The translations under genes were made by a program, and so were the position numbers. Below are positions 32,960 to 43,218 of a stretch of 64,000 nucleotides of DNA, piece by piece (positions within the stretch are counted from its first letter, which is position 1; each line of letters opens with the position of its first letter). The DNA is from Kofleriaceae bacterium (GTDB lineage Bacteria; Myxococcota_A; Polyangia; Haliangiales; Haliangiaceae): the NCBI GenBank assembly GCA_965215005.1, contig CBDCCZ010000018.1:288001-352000 (forward strand). The letters run 5' to 3'. The notes below the pieces were generated by a model. It ran no database searches and had not been told where the DNA came from. It saw only the letters and a program-made list of their open reading frames with translations.

Positions 32960-34377
32960 CAACTCAACAAAAGGTACAACACGGTGCCTAAGGTAGCGAT
33001 TCCCAGGCCGCTGCCGACGAGCATCCATGGGGCAACGCTCACGGAAGACGCCGCTGGGCGCTGCGCCGGCGACTCGGCAGCGCGATTGGGCGACTCGGCA
33101 ATGCGGTCCGGCGACTCAGCGGTGCGGTCCGGCGCCTCGGCAGACGAGCTGACCGTCGGCTCTTTGGGCGGCTCGTCGCTGTCTGAAGGCGGGCTGCCGG
33201 TCTCTTCGAGCGGCACCGGCGTACGCAGATGCTGGAGCTCCTCGAGCTCGAGACCGAGCGCCGCAGCGACCTCCTCGGCGTCTTCCTCGTCATCGTCCCA
33301 CTCGCCCACACGCACCGCTCCGCCACCAGATTGCGCCGACCGATAGCCATCGAACATGCCGCGCTCGAAATCCAGCTCTTCGTCAGCCGGCACTCGCTCC
33401 GCCTCGGCGATCAGCTCGGGCCGCCGAGCCCCGCCCGCGGCCTGCGCAAGCTCGTCGAGATACCGAGCGATGCGCACCTCACCCGAGCGCAGCCCGGCGT
33501 CGCGGAGGAACGCTGCCAGCTCATCTGCCAAATCATACGCAGACTGATAGCGGTCCGCCGGATGGCGCTCGAGACAGCGCATTACCACCGTTTCGAGCCC
33601 CCCGGGAAAGCGCCGGCGCACGAAGGTGGGCGGCGCGATCTCACCCTCTGTGAGGCGACGTACGACCTCTTGCGGAGTACCTTTGAATAGGCGCTTACCA
33701 ACCGTGATCTCGTAGAGGACGATGCCGAGGGCGTAGATATCAGTGCGGTGGTCGACCTCGTGCCGCAGCGCTTGCTCGGGCGCCATGTAGCTGAGCTTAC
33801 CGGGCAAGGTGCCCTCATCGCGCCGCTGAGTTTTGGACCTGGCAATGCCAAAGTCGATGACCTTCATGAAGCCGTCTTCGGTGACCAAGAGGTTGGTCGG
33901 GGAGACGTCACAATGAACGATGTCGTACCGGCTGCTGTCGTCGCCGCGCTTGGCGTGAAAGTAGCCCATGCCGCTGGCCGCTTGCCGGATCAACTCGACG
34001 GCGTGCTCGAGCGGTAAGAAGTTGCCCAGCGATAGCCCACGACGGCACAGCGTGTTGAGCTGCTCGCCAACGATGTATTCCATCGCGATGTAGGGGATGC
34101 CGGCCTGCTCGTCGACGTCATAGACGTGCACGATGTTGGGGTGGTTTAGCAGCGCCCCGATGCGCGCCTCATCGAGGAACATCTCCACGAGCCGCGGATT
34201 GGCCGCCAGCTCCGGCTTGAGCCGCTTGATCACCACTTCCTTCTCAAAGCCGGCCATCGCGTTTTGCCGCGCCAGATAGATCTCGGCCATTCCGCCGACG
34301 GCGAGGAGGCGGGTAAGCCAATAGCGCTCGCCAAACCGAGCGGGTTCCGTGAGCGGCCGCGACCGGGCCATGTTCAT
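32959..34377 (-). CDS. Hanks-type Ser/Thr protein kinase with C-terminal membrane anchor
   Basis: GGMAEIY, VVIK, HCDVSPTN, DFG, APE; terminal hydrophobic helix. Confidence 0.94.
   Translation of the reverse strand: MNMARSRPLTEPARFGERYWLTRLLAVGGMAEIYLARQNAMAGFEKEVVIKRLKPELAANPRLVEMFLDEARIGALLNHPNIVHVYDVDEQAGIPYIAMEYIVGEQLNTLCRRGLSLGNFLPLEHAVELIRQAASGMGYFHAKRGDDSSRYDIVHCDVSPTNLLVTEDGFMKVIDFGIARSKTQRRDEGTLPGKLSYMAPEQALRHEVDHRTDIYALGIVLYEITVGKRLFKGTPQEVVRRLTEGEIAPPTFVRRRFPGGLETVVMRCLERHPADRYQSAYDLADELAAFLRDAGLRSGEVRIARYLDELAQAAGGARRPELIAEAERVPADEELDFERGMFDGYRSAQSGGGAVRVGEWDDDEEDAEEVAAALGLELEELQHLRTPVPLEETGSPPSDSDEPPKEPTVSSSAEAPDRTAESPDRIAESPNRAAESPAQRPAASSVSVAPWMLVGSGLGIATLGTVLYLLLS
33068..33142. 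repeat. 21-bp degenerate tandem repeat (~3.5 copies) encoding AESPxR units
   Basis: ggcgactc-initiated units at 33068, 33089, 33110 and a variant at 33131. Confidence 0.8.
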
Positions 34378-35417
34378 GAGCAAGGCTCCTCGAGGTGCGG
34401 TGCGAGCGCCTTCAGCGTCGCGGAGATCGCCTGCTCAGCCATCCCGCTCACAGCGCCGCTCGCCGGTGCGATGGCAGCGGGTGCCGAAGGAATGAGCGCT
34501 TCGAGCACCGCGACCGCCCCGCCGGCCAATCCGTGGAGATCATAGCCACCCTCGAGCGCGAACACGATGCGGCCCTCGGCCACGCGATCGGCGACTGCAA
34601 CCAGCCGCCGCGCCATCGCCAGATAGCCAGCATGGCTCACCTTCATCTGCGCCAGCGGATCGCCATCGAACGCATCGAATCCCGCCGACACCAACACGAG
34701 GTCGGGCGCAAACCGCTCGAGGGCGGGCACGAAAACGCGATCGAGCGCGGCCATATATTCGGCATCGCCTGAGCCCGCCGGCAGTGGAACATTGATGGTG
34801 GTGCCGCGGCCGGCGCCGGTTCCGATCTCTTCCGAGCTGCCGGTGCCGGGATAGAAGGGCCACTGGTGCGCCGACAAAAACAGCACCGACGGATCGGCTT
34901 CAAAGATGTGCTGAGTGCCATTGCCGTGGTGAACGTCCCAGTCGAGCACTGCGACGCGCGCCGCACCAGCTTGCCGCGCGGCGGCGGCAGCGATGGCGAC
35001 GTTGTTGAAGAGGCAAAAGCCCATCGCGCGGTCGGCTTCGGCGTGATGCCCCGGTGGACGCGCCATCACCAGTCCACGCTGGTGCTGACCATCGAGCACC
35101 GCGCGGGTTACATCCACGGCAGCGCCAGCAGCTGACAGCGCCGCCGTCCAGGTGCCCGGCGAGAAGAACGTATCCTCATCGAGCCAGCCACTGTTTCCTG
35201 GCACCGCGCGAGCCAGTGCATCGAAGTAGGCGGCGGTGTGAACCAGACCGATTTCGGTATCGGCCGCCTGCCGCACCTCGAGAGCCGTGCCGCGTTGCGC
35301 TAGGTTGGCGTTCATGAGCGCATCCCGCACCGCGAGCAGGCGCTCGGGCCGCTCCGGATGAGCTCGCGGCGCCCGGTGCTCGGCGAAGATGTCATCTAGT
35401 ACATAGGCGAGCGACAT
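34374..35417 (-). CDS. Zn-dependent histone deacetylase family protein
   Basis: HPERPER, RPPGHHA, GFCLFNN, DWDVHHGNGT, SAGFD, LEGGY. Confidence 0.95.
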   Translation of the reverse strand: MSLAYVLDDIFAEHRAPRAHPERPERLLAVRDALMNANLAQRGTALEVRQAADTEIGLVHTAAYFDALARAVPGNSGWLDEDTFFSPGTWTAALSAAGAAVDVTRAVLDGQHQRGLVMARPPGHHAEADRAMGFCLFNNVAIAAAAARQAGAARVAVLDWDVHHGNGTQHIFEADPSVLFLSAHQWPFYPGTGSSEEIGTGAGRGTTINVPLPAGSGDAEYMAALDRVFVPALERFAPDLVLVSAGFDAFDGDPLAQMKVSHAGYLAMARRLVAVADRVAEGRIVFALEGGYDLHGLAGGAVAVLEALIPSAPAAIAPASGAVSGMAEQAISATLKALAPHLEEPCS

Positions 35418-35502
35418 TCGGCTGCCGAACTGTACCGCACTTTTGCCTTGACCAGTCCGCGCGGCTTGGCGCCGAGCCGCGTTCAGGGAACCCGCGTTGC
35501 GG

Positions 35503-36507
35503 TCACGCGCGCTCGTCCTTGAGGGGCCGTCGCATCAGCCGAGCGATGCCTTCGCGCGCTTCTCGACCTTCATACAACACCGCGTGCATGAAGCTGGTGA
35601 GCGGCGCCGGCACGCCTTGCGCCCGCGCCAACGCGTGCGCAACTTTGGTGGTCTTTACGCCTTCGGCGACCATGCGCATCTCCGATACGATTTCGTCGAG
35701 CCGCTTGCCCTGGCCCAACGCCAGGCCGACCCGGCGATTGCGCGATAGATCGCCAGAACACGTAAGCACCAGATCTCCCATGCCTGAAAGCCCGGCAAAG
35801 GTAAGCGGATTGGCCCCCATCGCCGCACCAATGCGAGTGATCTCGGCGAGCCCACGCGTGATGAGCGCGGCCCGCGCGTTGAGCCCAAAGCCGAGGCCAT
35901 CCGAGAGTCCCGCGGCGATCGCGACGACGTTCTTGAGCGCGCCGCCGATCAAGACGCCGGTGACATCGTCGGACGTATAGACGCGCAGCCAATCACACGA
36001 TAGCTCCTCTTGAACGCGCCGCACCGCGTCGAGCTCGCGTCCCGCAAGAACGATAGCCGCCGGCAGCCCCGCGGCAATCTCCTTGGCGAAGGTGGGCCCA
36101 GAGAGATACTGGGCGCGTGCCGCGATCGCCGGGGGAAAGATGTCGGCATAAATGCGGTCAATGGTGTCTAACGTGCCTTCTTCGAGCCCTTTGGAGGCAT
36201 TGACAACGACCACGTCTGGATCGAGATGCGCGGCCACTGCGCCGAGGACCTGGCGAATCGCATGCGAGGGAGTTACGCCGAGCACGAGCTGCTTGTGCGC
36301 CACCGCCGCGGTCAAATCCGTGGTCACCTCAATTGCCGCGGGAAGCGCGTAGCCGGGCAGATAGACGGCGTTTTCTCCACTGCCGCGCATCTGCTCGGCG
36401 AGCTCCTCGCCGCGACACCAAAGCGTGACCTCGTGACCGCTGGAGGCGAGCAGAATCGCCAAACAGGTCCCGTAGCTGCCCGCCCCCACCACTGCAACGC
36501 GCATCAT
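35503..36507 (-). CDS. gpsA: NAD(P)H-dependent glycerol-3-phosphate dehydrogenase
   Basis: VVGAGSYGT, SKGLE, LSGPTFA, GALKNV, GDLVLTC, SRN. Confidence 0.96.
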   Translation of the reverse strand: MMRVAVVGAGSYGTCLAILLASSGHEVTLWCRGEELAEQMRGSGENAVYLPGYALPAAIEVTTDLTAAVAHKQLVLGVTPSHAIRQVLGAVAAHLDPDVVVVNASKGLEEGTLDTIDRIYADIFPPAIAARAQYLSGPTFAKEIAAGLPAAIVLAGRELDAVRRVQEELSCDWLRVYTSDDVTGVLIGGALKNVVAIAAGLSDGLGFGLNARAALITRGLAEITRIGAAMGANPLTFAGLSGMGDLVLTCSGDLSRNRRVGLALGQGKRLDEIVSEMRMVAEGVKTTKVAHALARAQGVPAPLTSFMHAVLYEGREAREGIARLMRRPLKDERA

Positions 36508-36514
36508 GGTGTCT

Positions 36515-37576
36515 CTATCGCCCGTCGTCGGGGCATTCTGCAAGCACCACGCAGTTGCGGCCCCCGCGTTTGGCCCGATATAGCGCCCGATCCGCGGCTC
36601 GGACCAGACCTTCGGCGTCGCTGGTGTCATCGGGATAAGTGGCCACCCCGATCGAGACTGAGACGCCGCCGCTCGGCTGCGCTGCGCTGTGGGGGAACGA
36701 ATGCCGGTGAACTCGCTCGCGCAGCCGCTCGCCGAGCTTAGCGGCAATGAGCTTTGGCGTGTCGATGAGCACCACGCAAAACTCCTCGCCGCCGTAGCGC
36801 GCGCAAAAGTCATTGGCCCGGCGACCGTCGCCGAGCAGGCGCGCCACCTGGCGCAGCACCTCATCGCCCGCCGGGTGACCATGATGGTCGTTGTAGTGTT
36901 TGAAGTTGTCGACGTCGATCATCAACAGCGATAACGGCAACCCGCTCCGCTGCGATCGCTCGACCTCGAGCGCGAGGCGCTCATGAAAGTGGCGATGGTT
37001 GTACAGCCCCGTGAGGCCATCGGTGACCGCCAGCTGCGCTAATCTAGAGTTGGCCTCGGCGAGCTCGTGGGTGCGCTCGCTCACCTTGCTCTCGAGCTCG
37101 CGATTCATCTCGAGCAACGCTTGATTCTTGGCCGATAGGTCATCGACGAGCTGCTTGTTCTCCTCGAGTAACCGGTACTGACGGAGCAGGTTCTCGACCG
37201 CCAGATGCAGCGACGCTTCATCCCATGGTTTAGCGATGTAGTGGTTGAGCGCGGCGCGATTGATGGCAGCAACCACCGCATCGAGACCCGCCTGGCCGGT
37301 GAGCAGAATCTTGGTAGTGAGCGGCGAGCGCTGGTGCACCTGCTCGAGGAGCTCCACGCCCTTCATTCCCGGCATGATCTGATCGGCGATGACCACCGCC
37401 ACCTGTTCGCCGTCGCGCTCGAGCTCTTCCAGCAGCTCGAGTGCATCGCCGGCCGAGGTCGCGGTAGCGATGTCGCACTCGTGGCCAAAGCGGGCGTCGA
37501 GCTGTTGCCGCAGCGCCATCAAGACGCCTTCTTCATCGTCGACGCAGAGGATGGTTTGGCGGTCCGTCATCATCAT
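36515..37576 (-). CDS. Response-regulator diguanylate cyclase (REC-coiled coil-GGDEF)
   Basis: VDDE, ADQIMP, KPW; TDGLTGLYN, RAND I-site, GGEEF. Confidence 0.95.
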   Translation of the reverse strand: MMMTDRQTILCVDDEEGVLMALRQQLDARFGHECDIATATSAGDALELLEELERDGEQVAVVIADQIMPGMKGVELLEQVHQRSPLTTKILLTGQAGLDAVVAAINRAALNHYIAKPWDEASLHLAVENLLRQYRLLEENKQLVDDLSAKNQALLEMNRELESKVSERTHELAEANSRLAQLAVTDGLTGLYNHRHFHERLALEVERSQRSGLPLSLLMIDVDNFKHYNDHHGHPAGDEVLRQVARLLGDGRRANDFCARYGGEEFCVVLIDTPKLIAAKLGERLRERVHRHSFPHSAAQPSGGVSVSIGVATYPDDTSDAEGLVRAADRALYRAKRGGRNCVVLAECPDDGR

Positions 37577-40404
37577 GACGCCACCTGATCGTCACCCGCT
37601 GGACGAGCACGCAGCGGCAACCACACTTCGAAGACAGTCTCGCCGGGAACCGACTGACAATCGACCTCGCCACCGTGCTTGTCGATGATCTGGCGAACGA
37701 TGCCGAGGCCGAGCCCCGTTCCCTCGCCTTTGGGCTTGGTGGTGTAGAACGGCTCGAACACGTGCGGCCGCACCTCGTCGGGAATGCCAGGACCATCATC
37801 GATGACGCGCACCACCACTCCTGCCTCCCCCGCTCCGTTGACCCTTTGGCGCGTCTCGATTGTGATGTGCCCTGATCCCTTCTGGCCCTGCAGCGCTTGA
37901 ACGGCGTTGAGGAGCAGATTCGTCCAGACCTGATTGAGCTCGTCCACATACACGGGAACGGCCGGCAATGTGCCGTATTTGCGACTGACGATGCTATCAC
38001 GTAAGACGTAGTCCAGGAGCACGAGAGTATCCTCGAGCCCTTCATGGAGATCTGCATGAGTCAAGCTTGCGGACTGATCGAGGTGTGAGTAGCTCTTGAG
38101 CGCACCGACAATGTGTTGAATGCGGCGAATGCCATTGCGAATGGTCGCCGCTGTGCGATGCAAGTACACGTGCTCGACGAAGTAGGTCGATAGCACCACC
38201 GCGCGCTCACTTGCTGCACCCGCAACCAACGCCACGAAACGTGTCACGAGTGCGTCGCTGGCGCCAACTTCGGCGAGAGCTTTGGCGACGACCTTCGAAG
38301 CGTCAGCGCCAAGATCACTCTGCTTCCATCGCGAACTCAAAGACCGGCTGCGCCGGCGAGCCTCTGCTGCCGCTGGCAGTCGCTCGCTGGCCAGCGCAGG
38401 CGCCGCGACCTCGATGAGCTCATCGACCAACGCGCGCTCCTGCCTCGTCAGGCCGAGCTCGGCGACTTGCGCAGCGAGCTTCGAGAGCCGCACCATCCCG
38501 TCGGCCAACGCGTCGACCGAACCGCGAATTGCTGCCGACGGCGAGTTGACCTCGTGCGCCACGCCTGCGACTAGCAGCCCGAGTCCGGCGAGGCGCTCCG
38601 ATAGAATCAGCTGCGACTGGGTCTCGCGCAGCTCACTGAGGGCGCGGCCAAGCTCGGTGTTCATGTGCGTGAGCTCGGCGGTTCGCAGCCAAACCTTGCC
38701 CTCGAGCTCCTCGCTCGCCGCAACCACCTCCTCATAGAGTCGCGCGTTCTCCACCGCCGCCGCGGCTTGGTCGGCGAAGGTGGCGAGTAGGCTCGAGTCG
38801 GCCTCGGAAAACGGCTGGGAATCGCGCCCGCGGCCAACGATCAACACCCCGATGACGCCGCCCTTGCGCTCCAGAGGAGTTGCTAACAATGAGCCGGTGA
38901 TTCCAGCAGCAAGAGCAAAATCGCGGCGCGCGGGATCGTCATTGACGCGATCGATGCGAAGGGTTGCGCGAGCGCGCGCAACCTCATCGGCGATGGCCGC
39001 CAGCGGCATCGCCAGCGCCGCGCCTTCCTCCCCGCGCACGGTGCTGCGCATCGCCAACGGTTTGGCGCGAGCGGCTCCCAAACGCATACGCGCCGGTCGC
39101 CGTAAGGGCGGGCTTGTGGGCGCACGTCCGGGCTCCGGTTGCGCCACCCAAAGGGCGCACAGACGAACCTCGAACACCCGCGCCACCGAGTCGACGATCT
39201 TGCCGAGCACCGCGTCGAGACCGATCACTGAGCCAACCGCGCGGCCGGCATCGTGAAGCGCGACGATCTCGCGCATGCGCGCCGCGAGACGCTCCTGATT
39301 GTCCTTGAGCGCTCGCGTCATGTGACCGAACGCAGTGGCCAGATCGCCAATCTCATCGCCTTCGGCGACCTGAATGCGATGATCGAGATCGCCACGCGCG
39401 ATGGCAATGGCGCCGCGATGAAGATCGTGAAGCGGGCGCGTGAGCCGTCGTGACAACAGTGCCGCGAGCACCAATGCGAATGCCACGGCACCGGCGGCGC
39501 CGATCACCAGCGACCGCATCGCCGAGGTTTTCGCCACAGCCAGCGGTTGGCGGTCGACGGCCACCGCGAACACTCCCACCGGTGCCCCTTGCAGATTCAT
39601 CAGCGGGGTGTAGCCGAGCTGAAACTCGCGCCCGCCGATGATCTCACGGGTGAACATGGTCCTGCCCGGCTCGAGATTTGCCATAACGACTGCTGGAACG
39701 CGGATGCCGCGGGTCCGACTCGAGGGGTCGAGAAAGGTCGACATCGCCGGCGTGATCGACGCACCGGTCCCCGCGTAAATCAGGACATCGGTGCCGAGCG
39801 CAGCTTTGACACCATCGGCAAAGTCGCCGTCGAGCGGGACCGACATGACCACCACGCCCTGCAGCCGATAGCTGGCATCGACGATCGGAGCGACCGCTCG
39901 CACCACCAACACGTCCGCTACCGGGACGAGCGTGACCCGGCGCTCGTAGGTTTGACCGGCGCGGATTATCGGCGAGGACCGCGCCACCGCCAGCCCGCGA
40001 AAGCGCGCCTCTACGCCGCCGATTACCCGCTCGGCAACCAGCTCGCCACTCGCGTCGGCGATCTGCACCAGCGCCGACGGCAGATGCGGACTCTCGCGAG
40101 CGAGCAGCTCGAAGACGCTGTCAGCGGGCTCGTTCATCGCCCGCTGCAAATCGCCTGAGCTCGCGAGCCGCACCGCGTCGACACCGAGCCGCTCGACCTG
40201 CCGTAGGAGTAGATTGAGGCCGACGTGCAGCTGGCGGCCGGCGTCCTCGCGCATATCGTTATCGAGCCCCTTTAGCACCAAGCTCACCGCCACTTGCGCC
40301 GCGACCGCCACGGGCAACAGTGCCGCCACCGAGAGCGACAGCGACAGCTTGTGCCGCAGACGCAGACGCAAAGAGAAGCGGAATAGGTCTCTGCGCCGAG
40401 CCAT
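37573..40404 (-). CDS. Membrane sensor histidine kinase (Cache-like, HAMP, GAF)
   Basis: Two TM helices, HAMP (DEIGDLA), GAF, AHEVNSP, NLLLNA, DDGPGI, GTGLGL. Confidence 0.92.
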   Translation of the reverse strand: MARRRDLFRFSLRLRLRHKLSLSLSVAALLPVAVAAQVAVSLVLKGLDNDMREDAGRQLHVGLNLLLRQVERLGVDAVRLASSGDLQRAMNEPADSVFELLARESPHLPSALVQIADASGELVAERVIGGVEARFRGLAVARSSPIIRAGQTYERRVTLVPVADVLVVRAVAPIVDASYRLQGVVVMSVPLDGDFADGVKAALGTDVLIYAGTGASITPAMSTFLDPSSRTRGIRVPAVVMANLEPGRTMFTREIIGGREFQLGYTPLMNLQGAPVGVFAVAVDRQPLAVAKTSAMRSLVIGAAGAVAFALVLAALLSRRLTRPLHDLHRGAIAIARGDLDHRIQVAEGDEIGDLATAFGHMTRALKDNQERLAARMREIVALHDAGRAVGSVIGLDAVLGKIVDSVARVFEVRLCALWVAQPEPGRAPTSPPLRRPARMRLGAARAKPLAMRSTVRGEEGAALAMPLAAIADEVARARATLRIDRVNDDPARRDFALAAGITGSLLATPLERKGGVIGVLIVGRGRDSQPFSEADSSLLATFADQAAAAVENARLYEEVVAASEELEGKVWLRTAELTHMNTELGRALSELRETQSQLILSERLAGLGLLVAGVAHEVNSPSAAIRGSVDALADGMVRLSKLAAQVAELGLTRQERALVDELIEVAAPALASERLPAAAEARRRSRSLSSRWKQSDLGADASKVVAKALAEVGASDALVTRFVALVAGAASERAVVLSTYFVEHVYLHRTAATIRNGIRRIQHIVGALKSYSHLDQSASLTHADLHEGLEDTLVLLDYVLRDSIVSRKYGTLPAVPVYVDELNQVWTNLLLNAVQALQGQKGSGHITIETRQRVNGAGEAGVVVRVIDDGPGIPDEVRPHVFEPFYTTKPKGEGTGLGLGIVRQIIDKHGGEVDCQSVPGETVFEVWLPLRARPAGDDQVAS

Positions 40405-40409
40405 CTGCG

Positions 40410-42035
40410 CTAGCGCCGAACCCGGCGTACGTTCTGATAGTGGACGTGGGCGGAGGGGTTGAGAAGGACACCAGCGAGATCATCGCGGGCCGCAATCGCG
40501 ACCTGCGAGTGGGCAATGGGCACCCACGGTGCTTCCCGGCGCAATCGCTCCTGCACCTGCGCATACAGCCGCTCGCGCTCTCGCCTGGAGCTCGAGGCCC
40601 GCGCCGCCACCAGCAGCTCGTGAACGTCGTCATCGCGAAAGAAGGCAACGTTGCGCGCCCGGCCGACCACCGCGTTGTCGCGATCGAAGAGCACGTAGAG
40701 AAAGTTGTCAGGATCGCCGTTGTCGCCAACCCAGCCGAGCAACACCAGGTCGTGCTTGCCCGCTTGCGTGGCCTGCACGTGGTCGCGGAACCGCTGGAGC
40801 ACCAGCTTGGTGCGGATGCCGACAGCGGCGAGATTGGCGGCTAACACCCGCGCGGTCTGCTCCGGCGCCGGCAGGTAGGGCCGCGGCTCGGTCGGCGCAT
40901 ATAGCGTGTACGTCGCTTCTGGGTCGAATGCGCCGTCGGCGGCCGCTTCCGCCAGCAGCGCTCGAGCTCGGGCGGGGTCATAGTGGTATCGCTGCCGAGC
41001 CGGCGAATGCCCCCACTGGGTCGGCGGCACTGGGCCGTCGGCGGGGGTCGCGAGTCCTTGATAGAGCAGCTTGACGATCGGCTCCTTGTTCACCGCGTAG
41101 TTCACCGCCTGCCGCACCCGCCGATCGTCAAATGGCGACTGCTGCGTGTTCATCGCCAGGTACGTGACGTTGTTGGCAGGATGGGTGTGGAGCACCAGCT
41201 CAGGGTGCAGCGCGACGAACTGCAGCTCTTCTGGCAAGATTGCCTGAGCAAGGTCGATGGAGCCGCTCTCCAGAGCCACCAGACGCTGTCGCGGATCGGC
41301 GATAACCTCGAACACCAGCCGCTCCATCGCCGCTGAGGTTCCCCAATAGTGTTCGCTGCGGCGCAACGCGATGCGCTGCCCGGGCTCCCAGGCGACGAAC
41401 TCGAATGGCCCGGTCCCAATGGGATGATGCTCGAAGTCATCGCCGTAGCGCCGCACCGCCGCCGGCGAAACGATCGACACCGGATACATCGCCAGATCGG
41501 CGAGAAATGGCGCGTACGAGCGTTCGATGAGGATCCGCACCGTGTACGTGTCGACCTTCTCGACCCGCTGAATGTTTTGATAGACGTTGTGCCAGTACTC
41601 GAAGTCGCGGCGAAAGTACGGATGATGGGGGTCGCGCTGGCGCTCGAAGCTGAAGACCACGGCGTCGGCATCGAGCGGGGTGCCGTCGTGAAAGCGGACT
41701 CCTCGGCGCAGGTGAAACAGCCACCGGCGGCCGCTGTCGTCGACCTCCCACGAGGTCGCTAGCCCTGGTTCGACGATGCTCGAGCCGGGGCGATACCGCA
41801 GCAGCGGATCGTAGAGCTGCTCGATGACCTCGACCGATTCGTTATCGGTAACGCGCGCCGGATCGAGCGAGATGGCATCCGCTGGGCGGCCGACTACCAA
41901 CGTCTGCGCGTCGCGGTGCCCTCCAAGGCTGCCTAGGGATCCGCGCCGGGCGACGCCGGTGCTGCGTTCCTCGCAGCCACCGGCGAAGACGAGGATGCTC
42001 GCAATGGCGACAACGCCAAGCCCTGCCAACCGCAC
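40410..42035 (-). CDS. Family 5 (DppA-like) solute-binding lipoprotein
   Basis: Lipobox AGGC, SLDPA, LRRGVRFHDG, PIGTGPF, VRQAVNYAVN, GWVGDNGDPD; start inferred GTG 42035. Confidence 0.9.
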   Translation of the reverse strand: MRLAGLGVVAIASILVFAGGCEERSTGVARRGSLGSLGGHRDAQTLVVGRPADAISLDPARVTDNESVEVIEQLYDPLLRYRPGSSIVEPGLATSWEVDDSGRRWLFHLRRGVRFHDGTPLDADAVVFSFERQRDPHHPYFRRDFEYWHNVYQNIQRVEKVDTYTVRILIERSYAPFLADLAMYPVSIVSPAAVRRYGDDFEHHPIGTGPFEFVAWEPGQRIALRRSEHYWGTSAAMERLVFEVIADPRQRLVALESGSIDLAQAILPEELQFVALHPELVLHTHPANNVTYLAMNTQQSPFDDRRVRQAVNYAVNKEPIVKLLYQGLATPADGPVPPTQWGHSPARQRYHYDPARARALLAEAAADGAFDPEATYTLYAPTEPRPYLPAPEQTARVLAANLAAVGIRTKLVLQRFRDHVQATQAGKHDLVLLGWVGDNGDPDNFLYVLFDRDNAVVGRARNVAFFRDDDVHELLVAARASSSRRERERLYAQVQERLRREAPWVPIAHSQVAIAARDDLAGVLLNPSAHVHYQNVRRVRR

Positions 42036-42247
42036 CGCGAGAGAGTAGCTCGCGACTGCCTCGCGCCCTAGTGGTTCACGAGCTAGCAAGAACCGCTTAG
42101 GTAAGCATTGGCTGCGCGGACACGCGATCAGCCATCCGCAATGGTCGCCGGCGGGGCGCGAGCCAAGAGCGCTACCCCCGCGGATTGACAGCACAACCTG
42201 CGCGTGCGTAGCCTCGTGCCAATCAAACCCCCTCAAAGCGTGAATGA

Positions 42248-43216
42248 TTGCCGATGACGAACGTCCACGAAACTCGCGGGTCGGTTGTGTATTGCCGCCT
42301 CTCCCACGCCATGTTGGCCCTCACCGTCAGTCTGTCGCTCGGCGCGTGCGACCTTGGCAAGGTCACCGTCAACACCACCTCCAAAGTGCTCCAGCGAGCG
42401 CAGCCGTCTCTCAAACAGGAGTCGGATTGGGACTTGGCAGCCATTGCCATTCCCGGTGCGTTGAAAACCGTCGAGGGCTTCGCCGTGGTCGATCCGGGCA
42501 ACGAGCGGCTTCGCGCCATTCTCATGGAGGGCTACTGCCAATATGGCAGCGGCTTCGTTGAAGATTATTACGAGCAAGCCTACTTCGCAAAGAACTACGA
42601 AGAGGCGGAGTACATCGCGCAACGCGCGACGAAGATGTTCATTCGCTGCCAAAACTACGCGCTGCGGGCGCTGGGGAAGAAGTGGCGCGAGAACATCTTT
42701 GGCGAGACGACGCAGATCAACGCGCTCATCAGCGGCGCGAGTTGGTCGCAACGCGATGCGCTGATGTGGTTTGCCATCGGACTGGCGTCTACGATCAACT
42801 ACAACAAAGACTCGGCGGCGATGATCGCCCAGCTACCCACGGCCAAGTCGGCGCTGATGCGCGTGGTCGAGCTCGACGATAAGCACAAGCAGAGCGATGC
42901 GATGAAGCGGGCGCTGCCGCACGTGGCTCTCGGCATGATGTACACCGCGCAAGCGCCGTCGATGGGTGGCGAGCCCGAGCGTGCGGAGAAACACTTCCAG
43001 CGCGCGATCGAGCTCACCGAGGGCAAGATGCTACTTGCCAAGACCTACATGGCCCGTCGGTTGGGTGTCATGCGACAAGATAGAGAATTCTTTTTGAACA
43101 ACCTCGTCGAAGTCCTGCAGACTTCCCCCGCGGTGTGGCCAGAGCAGCGGCTGGCCAACGAGATCGCGCATCGACGCGCACGCCGCTACCTCAAAATGGA
43201 AAAGGAATGGTTCTAA
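42248..43216 (+). CDS. tatT: TRAP-T (TPAT) transporter TatT component, TPR lipoprotein
   Basis: Lipobox LGAC, AIPGALKTVEG, MGGEPERAEKHFQRAIEL, LANEIA, ends WF; directly upstream of dctP. Confidence 0.8.
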   Translation: MPMTNVHETRGSVVYCRLSHAMLALTVSLSLGACDLGKVTVNTTSKVLQRAQPSLKQESDWDLAAIAIPGALKTVEGFAVVDPGNERLRAILMEGYCQYGSGFVEDYYEQAYFAKNYEEAEYIAQRATKMFIRCQNYALRALGKKWRENIFGETTQINALISGASWSQRDALMWFAIGLASTINYNKDSAAMIAQLPTAKSALMRVVELDDKHKQSDAMKRALPHVALGMMYTAQAPSMGGEPERAEKHFQRAIELTEGKMLLAKTYMARRLGVMRQDREFFLNNLVEVLQTSPAVWPEQRLANEIAHRRARRYLKMEKEWF

Positions 43217-43218
43217 AC

